Virus record (IMG/VR): IMGVR_UViG_3300032167_002310
Direction: 5' to 3' (one strand)
Length of the DNA stretch: 64,000 nucleotides
Source of the DNA: a virus
Taxonomy: Duplodnaviria; Heunggongvirae; Uroviricota; Caudoviricetes
The notes under the pieces are model-generated. The model worked only from the letters and a program-made list of their open reading frames with translations, was not told the origin of the DNA and did no database searches. The position numbers were made by a program, and so were the translations under genes. Below, piece by piece: positions 57,901 through 64,000 of this stretch. The stretch's first letter is position 1. Each line of letters begins with the position of its first letter.

Positions 57901-60900
57901 ATATTATGAAGCTGAAGGCATGGTTGATGCTATTGCAATGGCAACCAGTACTGATGGTTCTACTCAAGTACCTCAAATTCAATCTATTACAAAGAAGCCA
58001 AGTGGTTCTTCTAATAATTATTCGTCTAAAAACTCTGGTGGCGCTAAGAGTCCTGGTAGTAAAGGTGGAGGCGGCGGAGATAAAAAAGCGAAGAAAGAAA
58101 GCAAAAAATCCGCAAAAACTGAAACTGAAAGATATCATGTTATTGAAAATCAATTAGAAAATTTAAAAAGTCAATATGATGAAATTTCTAAGGCTAAAGA
58201 CAGAGCATTTGGTAAAGCTAAACTTGCTTTAATGGATAAAGAAATTGCGAAGCAAAAAGAAATTATTGCGAAGCAAAAAGAATATCTTAGTCAAGCAGAA
58301 AAGAATTTAAGTACAGATGCAGCAGCTCTTGGCAAATATAATGCTACCATAGTTGATGGCGTAGTTACAAATTATGACTCAATGGTAGCAGCTCAAGTGC
58401 AGAAATATAATGATGCCGTTGAGAAATATAACGCTTTAAGTGCTGAGGCTCAAGAAAAATTAGATGAAGAATGGTCTAATAAGAAAGATGAAAATGGTCA
58501 ATATTATAATAGCTATTTAGATTATTACGAGCGCGAATATGAAAATTTCACTGAAGCATTATCACAATATGAAGAAACTCAAGATTTAGTTCGAGATAAG
58601 CAACAAGAAATTATTGATGCGCAGAATGAATTATATGATTTGCAATTAGAGAAAATTGACTATAAAGTTCAAGTACAAATTGATATTGAGGATGACGAAT
58701 TACAATATTTAGAGTATATGCTTGAAAGAATTGAAAATAAGGCATTTAGCGCAGCCGAAGCTATTGCAAATCTTGGTCAGCAAACTCAAAGCTACATGAC
58801 TAAAAATCAGGTTTATGAACAGGGCGTTAAAGACATTTTTGCTAATCATGGTTTAACAAATGAAGATTTTAATAAGTTTAAAGCCGGTGACGAAGCTACT
58901 TTGGCAAAACTTGGTCAAATGGAGTTTACTGATGATGAAGTTCAAACTCTTCGTGATTATACTTCAAGTTTAATTGACACTAATCAATCTTTAATTGAAA
59001 CTCGTCAAGCGGTTCATGATAAACTCCTTTCTGCTTTTGAGGAAATGAACGAAGAACTTGATAAGGGTATTGATAAGTTAGAAGCTTTATCAGAAATGAC
59101 TGAATCTTATCGAACAATTGTTGACTTGGTTGGTAAAGCTAATTTTGCAGGTGGAAATGAAACTATTGCAGAAATTAATAAGGCAACTGTTGCTCAAGCA
59201 AAAAATATCGCTCAAGCAAAAATCGCTAAGAGAGATGCGCTTGCCGCAGATATTGAATATGCAGAAAAGCAATACGCCCTTCAGAAAGATAATATTTCTG
59301 AAGAAGAGCGTAAGATGTGGGAAGATTCTATTGCTGAAATGAAAGTTCAATTAACTGAAGCTAAGCAAGAGGCAAGAGATTCCATTACCGATTGGATGGA
59401 AGAGATTAATAAAGACTTCCAAGATTCCATTACTGCGGCCCTTGATAAATTTTCTGAAACGGTAGCAGGTCGTTTCAGTAGTATTGCTGAACTTTCTGAT
59501 GCTTTTGGTAGAGCACAAACTAAGAATGATAGATACCTGGAAGATTATCAGAAGATTTATGAGTTTAGTAAATTAACTCGTGATATTGAAAAATCCATAG
59601 ATGATACTGATAATATAAGAGCAAAGAAAGAGCTAAGAAAACTTCTTGAAGAAATTAATGAAATTGAAGAGTCTGGTGCTCAAGTAAGTGAATATCAAGT
59701 TGAAAATCTCCGTAAGCAATTTGAACTTAAACAAGCTGAATTGGCTTTGGAAGAAGTTAAAGATGCTAAGAGTCAAGTTCGTATGACTCGCGACAACAAT
59801 GGTAACTGGGGATACGTTTATACTGCTAATGACCAGGATGTAGCAGCAGCTGAGCAGTCTTATGAAGATAAGCTTTATGAACTTCAAGAGCATAACGCTG
59901 AATATATCAATCAGCTCCAAGAAAGTATTATTACAATGCAACAAGAGATGGCTGATAAGTTAGCTGAAATTGCGGCTGACGAGGCGTTAAGTATTGAAGA
60001 ACGTCAAGCTAAGATGGATGAAGTTCGCAGATTCTATCAAGAGCAAATGGGTTATTATAATTCTGAGTTAAATTTAGCTTTGAATAATAATAAAACACTG
60101 TACGAAGACGATTGGATGGCATATTCTGAAAGAACTGGATATAAAATTTCTGCTGATGAAGATTATGTTGATAGCTTTGAAGAGACTGATTATGCAATTT
60201 TAACTGGTTTCCAGAATATGGAGCAGTCTCAGTTGGCATTTAACCAAGCATCTCAAACCATGTTGGACGAGTCTAATATAGCTTTTATCACCTGGAAAGA
60301 CCAGATGAAAGATGCTTTGGATGAGGCCGATTTAAATTTTGATACTTTGAAAGAAGATATTAAAGAAGACCTTGGTGAAATTGTTGAAGAGTCTAATACA
60401 ACTACTGAAGAGATTAAAGAGGATGCAAAAGAAATGGTTGAGGATTACCAAACAGTTGTAGATGCAATTGTTGAATGGGAAACTCAATATAGCACTTCTG
60501 TTGAGCAAATGATTATTGAAAGCGATAAAATTATTACTAAATTCAATGAAGTACTTAGGCTTTGGGGAGAAGTGAAAAGCGCTGCTGAACAAGGTGTACC
60601 TGAACCTCCAAGCAGTAGTGAAACTCCAAGTAGCACCCCTTCTGGAAGCCCTGATAGTGGTGACGATGGGATGCCACCTGATAACTCAAGTAAAGCTGAG
60701 GGTGTTGCGGCAGCCATCTGGATGGACGGCGGTGCGGCGTCTGGTTGGTATAATGGTAGCGACAGACGTTCTCGTTTGGCTGAAAAGGGTGTTACTGCAG
60801 CACAGGCTTACATCAATGCACATGGTCCAAATGGTGACATTTATAGAACATGGGCAAGTAAGCGTGGTCAGTTAAGAAACTTCTACTATGGCTCATTTGA

Positions 60901-61237
60901 TACTGGTGGTTACACTGGTGAGTGGGGTTCAGAAGGACGTTTCGCAATGCTCCATGAAAAAGAACTCGTTCTTAATCCAGCGGACACTGAAAACTTACTT
61001 TCTGCTGTTAACTTAATCCGTGAGATTAGCTCAATCATTGATTTGAATGCAATGAGTGCAAGCCTCGGATTGACCAGCTTGTTAGGTATCGGTAAGATCG
61101 GAACCTCAAGAGAATCTCTTGAGCAAACCGTTACTATTCATGCTGAGTTCCCAGGAGTTACAGATAGAAATGAGATTGAAGAAGCATTTAGTAATCTTAT
61201 TAACACAGCTTCTCAATACGCAAACCGTAAATCTTAA
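51980..61237 (+). CDS. tape measure protein (3085 aa)
   Basis: N-terminal TP901-like tape-measure repeats (YYQQG, LGAETASSSDEI, VGTAFKTIFARI), long coiled coils, C-terminal FDTGGYTG...AMLHEKELVLN. Confidence 0.92.
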   Translation: MAKQLNVSLAFTADTGKAKAQLQDLQNQLDKLISGGGLGGKRTDFILTRELQQATTAAATLKTNLQAAIDVNTGKLDLSKFQAQMNKSKMSLEEYRNQLVALGPDGAKAFASLADSIYNADVVLKRSNRLLTEMKTTLMNTARWQLSSSMLHGFMGAVQGAFGYAKDLNESLNNIRIVTGQNIDQMAKFAEEANKAAKALSTTTTNYTNASLIYYQQGLDGQAVKDRADITIKLANVAKISAETASDQLTAIWNNFAKGSENLEHFADVLVKLGAETASSSDEISAGLEKFAAIGDTVGLSFNNAAAALATVTATTRQSADVVGTAFKTIFARIQGLNLGETLEDGTTLNKYSEALSRVGINIKDQSGELKTMDALLEEMGTKWQTLNRDQQTALAQTVAGVRQYTQLMALMNNWDFYKQNLNTAANADGALDEQQKIYEESWEAAHKRVQAAAQTIYSELIDDEFFITLLDGFKEILEYVDHFIDALGGLKGVLSVVGTLLIKSFSNEIASKIDNIGMAIRRTAGGESASAIAMKKKAVGLTANMGSDSDTNEGMAMNEAYNARQQAQTLMLNNANRLSEAEKSTLQILMDGNKALGEQVILQGKLADEAAREADNQERSLKLKHKTLNGKTNSKKVTSYKEGMQDVGKAESISGAISNATKSLSTGKTKGSGLDGLLENAKNLQTTLGTISSNPIFKGNSNVEKTSKSVETLHRKLTEIAGKDIISQQDVDDLTRMAQQADQMVADLSMDMQENGAEDIIKSAGLKAGGKQSQDLQNLGETARDAGLKAGQASVGMTTLGQSVKTMGDYVDGAQGKVMTLGQKITAAAQTVTTTIMVFNMLKGAIDTIKDPEMTGWEKFLSIMGTVAMAIPMVVSTVTALAPAFMGAGAAGMTGGTMMGAGMTAAMGPIGWIIAAVTALIALFVGLAIAAEQNSPEAQLAKTAKTAEELSENLEEVRKEAQEIKDTFDKYDSLIDKLNNCAKGTKEWYEALEEVNNCALDLLEKYPDLAKYEGLFTRKDGMLTIDPNVVENIIKDLDNQVNSATAAALLSSADVAQKKADNLTAETRSSIGSFIGTDYTMVGQGREAHRQYETVKAGEILVEHAEELANLTEKEYETKIKALVDQAAKDVSMTEEQYQNMIKALMEDQEAINQLVRATQNAATQMDNATLALANQTLANKGYENAEVMMASMGLESQYQTIYDEIITKGRADWQSEGTTTNSKDIWKRFEEATGKDYQEIDNTVQGSAANRVYAYKDDAGKEQTFSLEYMAKTIAAHEALQDLEMSAKEAGEALVNVEQVNRQYAETMEGLDADAITAGVKDWVTTGSFGDMTEADFAGLQDVVEGAGGVDAYLQQAFGMSADELAVAFGDDYVDRFTNSMTNYTDDLSEVGKDLLEKAQVELTALDTSKLTLNQKNAVGEMINAAIVNTGSADAFTNLFNQIPVEQTDEFAEVLSNVDWQTTDINQLKDSLYEAGISTVGFDDELQNLIDTMDNSGIQAAASLGASYKNLTDITEGLQTGDTISAEDYGKLDEGMQRYFTMMMDGTYALTGSAQEFQELVHKQGIASYQENIQKLGEQAAGYNRIKGYDIDALKDAQYEKGEGYSSSGVKQQLDILDVLGYDPEQLAKWREDASDFNMSHENLDAITAAVQGYSHELENLDVLIEENKQAVFGQEMAIAMSYQSLSDLTKAYEEGVVSVQAYNTAAIALNEKEDLEGLDTEELEEYAEYLQEICDESEELSSELDDNDEAARDVAKTILKMNKGIEALAEGYDDWADVIKNSSKESEEYCDAVNGMRDALSDVLDVSEDYISSDFMAGHLEDIKLAAEGNADAIDRLKAALADQIILDIVGVDKFADLPSGLQTAINEMQSIISSTSLKVGDTLDMSVDDTGFIEACNEIIKNANMTADQANAYFDALGFETNFVTEPQLQTQRVPEYVTETIDEGSTTVTLADGTEVPMVRTRTRTYQDGYYEAEGMVDAIAMATSTDGSTQVPQIQSITKKPSGSSNNYSSKNSGGAKSPGSKGGGGGDKKAKKESKKSAKTETERYHVIENQLENLKSQYDEISKAKDRAFGKAKLALMDKEIAKQKEIIAKQKEYLSQAEKNLSTDAAALGKYNATIVDGVVTNYDSMVAAQVQKYNDAVEKYNALSAEAQEKLDEEWSNKKDENGQYYNSYLDYYEREYENFTEALSQYEETQDLVRDKQQEIIDAQNELYDLQLEKIDYKVQVQIDIEDDELQYLEYMLERIENKAFSAAEAIANLGQQTQSYMTKNQVYEQGVKDIFANHGLTNEDFNKFKAGDEATLAKLGQMEFTDDEVQTLRDYTSSLIDTNQSLIETRQAVHDKLLSAFEEMNEELDKGIDKLEALSEMTESYRTIVDLVGKANFAGGNETIAEINKATVAQAKNIAQAKIAKRDALAADIEYAEKQYALQKDNISEEERKMWEDSIAEMKVQLTEAKQEARDSITDWMEEINKDFQDSITAALDKFSETVAGRFSSIAELSDAFGRAQTKNDRYLEDYQKIYEFSKLTRDIEKSIDDTDNIRAKKELRKLLEEINEIEESGAQVSEYQVENLRKQFELKQAELALEEVKDAKSQVRMTRDNNGNWGYVYTANDQDVAAAEQSYEDKLYELQEHNAEYINQLQESIITMQQEMADKLAEIAADEALSIEERQAKMDEVRRFYQEQMGYYNSELNLALNNNKTLYEDDWMAYSERTGYKISADEDYVDSFEETDYAILTGFQNMEQSQLAFNQASQTMLDESNIAFITWKDQMKDALDEADLNFDTLKEDIKEDLGEIVEESNTTTEEIKEDAKEMVEDYQTVVDAIVEWETQYSTSVEQMIIESDKIITKFNEVLRLWGEVKSAAEQGVPEPPSSSETPSSTPSGSPDSGDDGMPPDNSSKAEGVAAAIWMDGGAASGWYNGSDRRSRLAEKGVTAAQAYINAHGPNGDIYRTWASKRGQLRNFYYGSFDTGGYTGEWGSEGRFAMLHEKELVLNPADTENLLSAVNLIREISSIIDLNAMSASLGLTSLLGIGKIGTSRESLEQTVTIHAEFPGVTDRNEIEEAFSNLINTASQYANRKS

Positions 61238-61246
61238 TTATAGATG

Positions 61247-61275
61247 GGGGATAGACTTCGGTCTATCCCCTTTTT
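61247..61275 (+). terminator. intrinsic terminator
   Basis: GGGGATAGAC-TTCG-GTCTATCCCC plus T-tract. Confidence 0.9.
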
Positions 61276-61354
61276 CTTATTTGGACAATTTGAACTAATA
61301 ATTAAGATACAATTTTCAAAAATAATTAGAATGGAGAGAAAGGAGGCCAAATAT

Positions 61355-64000
61355 ATGAAAGACATTTCAGAAAGTCTGTTTCAAGCGGTAGACATTATTA
61401 TGTCAGCTAAATTACATGACTTGAAATATGATAAAACAATCATTTGTACGATTGAAGATGATACCAATAAAGAAAAAGGCGAATACATTTGTTCAGATGG
61501 TTCATCTAAATTTATTGCGTACTCTGATGTCACTACATATAAAAATGGCATATCAGTCTATGTGACTGTTCCTGATGGAGATTATAATAATAGGAAAATT
61601 ATTATTGGTCGATATGTCGAAGATAATGGTGAGTACTATACATATAGGGCTCCTTTCGAGGACTACATAGATATTACAGAGAATTTGATTGAAGACGATT
61701 TGCCTGCGACGGGATTGTTGGCAAATGGGTCTCTTAAAGAAAAAGTTCTTTGGATGCGAGATTTTGAAAAAGAGCGCGATGCCAGTGGTGATGAAAATTA
61801 TGTTGGCATCGGTAAGGGTTATAAAGTTCTTGGATTAAATGCAAAATTTAAGTCTTGGCTTGCGGCTTTGGCTCCAGTGGTCGGTTCATACGGGCTTCGT
61901 ATTGACTTAGTAGGAAGACAGACTAATACAGCTAAGACAGAAGCAACTGAAAAGTACTATTCCTTCTACTTAACAACAGATGATATGTTTGGTAATGTTT
62001 ATAACTTTGAAACATATTATTCTCAAGAGAAGATTTTTGATATTAGTATGATTGATGAAATTGCGCGCATGCAGCTTGTATTCTACCAGGATGCAAACTT
62101 CGCAACTGCCGCAGGCATACCAATTCCTACAACCCAAGGCAATATTCCTTTAACAGACAATATTTTTGTTAAAGAACCATTTGTTTCTCTTGGTTATTCA
62201 TTGAGTGACTTTGCAGAAGATGCTTTGTTGCTTTATTCATTTGATTCTTTAACTTATACCCCTCAGGCATCCTCAGAGCAAAATACAAAAAGACTTAAAG
62301 CTCGTTGGATTCATTTTGATGAGGAAGGTCAAGTTATTGCGATTGATAAGGAAAATGAAATTCCCGCAGACGCAAAACTACATTGGTATAAATTCAATTT
62401 AACAGAGGGTGTAACTGATACTTTAGCTGGAAACTTTTGGGAGGAATTACCAGACCAGTTAAATAAGTTGAGTTACAAATTTGTTCCAGATATTTCAAAA
62501 CAAAACGAAAAATATAAAATCATTGTTGAAACTCCTAATTTAGAGTTAATTCAAACTGAGATTGATGATGGTTTCACCGAATTAGAAGCTAAAAGAGATG
62601 AGTATAAAACAGAGGAAGATTTTGAGAAAGCAAAGACTGAATTTGAACTACAGCAGTTAGCCAGAGTGAACTATTACTATAGTGAAGTGTTTACTTTTGA
62701 AAATGAGGTCGCTTGTGTAAATGATGCAACAGTAGATTTAATTCAAGCTTTACAAATTGTTTGTGACCCTAAAGAAGATGGTGGTCTTCAAGGTAATTAT
62801 TGTATCTATGATATGACAAACGAACTTTTAAACCCAACCGAAGGTAAGAAAGTGAGAAAACTTGAAGCAACCTATAAGTCTTTGGTTACTGGTGAACCTT
62901 CTTTAGACAAGGCCGCATCTATTACTTGGAAAATTCCAATTTCAAATACAATGATTTATCCTCCAGAAGAAGGCGTGGAATATTTTACTGAGGTTGATGA
63001 AGAGTCTGGCGCAGTTCCTGATGAGATTAGTGGAGATGGAAACTTCTTCTATATTACTCGTATGGGTACTGAAAACTATGATTTGACCCCAGAAGAAGAA
63101 GCTGAAGGATTGCAAATTGAAGTATTACAGAACTTTAGAATTAAAAGTTATTATACTCAAAGCGCAACCAATAATACGATTTATTGTTCTGTTGTAAAAA
63201 ATAATAGAACATATGAAGCGTCAGTTTCTTTAGCTTTTGGTCCTATGGGAACCAATGGTACAGATTCTACTTTAATTCTTTCTTTAGATAAGAATGCCGC
63301 AGCTATTAAGCCAGGTGAAACTTTGAATGTAAATGCTAATTTGTATGACTATGAAAACAATGAATTAGAAATTACTGATATCACTTGGTCTTGGTGGAGT
63401 TATGATAATAATATTGGATTGACTAATACAAGAAGCAATCCTTGTACAATTAAAGCTTCTGCGATAGAAGGAATTAAGATTTATCATAATATCTTAAAGG
63501 CAGTTGTTAAGCATAATGATGTTATGCTTGAAGCTTATTTACCAATTCCAGTAAAAAGCTCTGATAATGTTAAGTATGCTGAACTTCCAAATCGTGTTGT
63601 TTATGATGCGGGCGGTAGTAATGCAGCCTATTATAAAAATCCTTTAAGAGTAATTAAAACTGAAGATGATAGTCAGTTTGATGGCTTTTGGGATGTGGTT
63701 CTTACAGACTACACTGAAGCTAATAGAAAATATTATCCAGTTGTAAAAGAAACAGAAGATGGAGTTAAATTTATTCCTACTTCTATGTTCTTTAATGATT
63801 TGGATAAAGGTGTTACTTTAATTTTTGAAACAGCTGATATGAAAGAATGGTGGTACCAGCCAATTCTTATCATTCAAAACAGATGGCCGAGCGCTATGCT
63901 GAATTCTTGGGACGGCAGCTTGACAATTGACGAAGAAAATGGTACAATATTATCAACGATGGTTGGTGCTGGTAAAAAGGAAAGTGATAATACTTTTACT
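61355..64000 (+). CDS. tail / tail-tip structural protein, truncated at window end
   Basis: ATG behind AAGGAGG; reads MKDISESLFQAVD... and is in frame with ...MVGAGKKESDNTFT at 64000; absent from the ORF track, consistent with no stop before the edge. Confidence 0.75.
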   Translation, partial: MKDISESLFQAVDIIMSAKLHDLKYDKTIICTIEDDTNKEKGEYICSDGSSKFIAYSDVTTYKNGISVYVTVPDGDYNNRKIIIGRYVEDNGEYYTYRAPFEDYIDITENLIEDDLPATGLLANGSLKEKVLWMRDFEKERDASGDENYVGIGKGYKVLGLNAKFKSWLAALAPVVGSYGLRIDLVGRQTNTAKTEATEKYYSFYLTTDDMFGNVYNFETYYSQEKIFDISMIDEIARMQLVFYQDANFATAAGIPIPTTQGNIPLTDNIFVKEPFVSLGYSLSDFAEDALLLYSFDSLTYTPQASSEQNTKRLKARWIHFDEEGQVIAIDKENEIPADAKLHWYKFNLTEGVTDTLAGNFWEELPDQLNKLSYKFVPDISKQNEKYKIIVETPNLELIQTEIDDGFTELEAKRDEYKTEEDFEKAKTEFELQQLARVNYYYSEVFTFENEVACVNDATVDLIQALQIVCDPKEDGGLQGNYCIYDMTNELLNPTEGKKVRKLEATYKSLVTGEPSLDKAASITWKIPISNTMIYPPEEGVEYFTEVDEESGAVPDEISGDGNFFYITRMGTENYDLTPEEEAEGLQIEVLQNFRIKSYYTQSATNNTIYCSVVKNNRTYEASVSLAFGPMGTNGTDSTLILSLDKNAAAIKPGETLNVNANLYDYENNELEITDITWSWWSYDNNIGLTNTRSNPCTIKASAIEGIKIYHNILKAVVKHNDVMLEAYLPIPVKSSDNVKYAELPNRVVYDAGGSNAAYYKNPLRVIKTEDDSQFDGFWDVVLTDYTEANRKYYPVVKETEDGVKFIPTSMFFNDLDKGVTLIFETADMKEWWYQPILIIQNRWPSAMLNSWDGSLTIDEENGTILSTMVGAGKKESDNTFT

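Noticed and set aside
35002-64000. Alternative genetic code, introns or inteins in structural genes
   Set aside because: Long genes are uninterrupted under the standard code, and terminase, portal and capsid sizes are ordinary.

Overview
This window is 64 kb of a large, long-tailed dsDNA phage (siphovirus-type; standard genetic code; sigmaA-like promoters and GGAGG RBSs point to a Bacillota/Clostridia host). It has three zones. (1) 1-18.1 kb: leftward early/middle genes in repeated terminator-promoter cassettes (TTGATT -35), including a peptidase, U32-like protein, DASS transporter, chorismate-mutase-like gene, phosphoesterase, and a rightward tandem-wHTH Rep-like gene flanked by iteron-like repeats. 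(2) 18.4-32.7 kb: a putative pre-early/host-takeover region with about 38 leftward TTGACA-class promoters, small genes, wHTH paralogs, two DEDDh exonucleases, a HAD nucleotidase and ORF-less transcription units. It also holds ten copies of a geometrically precise TGCACAAA-N14/N24-25-TTTGTGCA dual box, most followed by a GC-rich hairpin. On the left it is bounded by a GATC/CCGATCGG palindrome island in an otherwise GATC-depleted genome, and on the right by a segment purged of AA/GA/GG on one strand that ends abruptly at about 32,720 (candidate genome end). (3) 32.9-64 kb: a short leftward FolD operon, then the rightward morphogenesis module (terminases, portal, protease/scaffold, capsid, neck, tail tube, 3085-aa tape measure, truncated tail protein). 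The best candidate for an undescribed system is zone 2 taken as a whole: a T5/SPO1-like first-entering region with its own cis-regulatory code. All counts were done by eye and all product calls come from motif recognition, not database searches.
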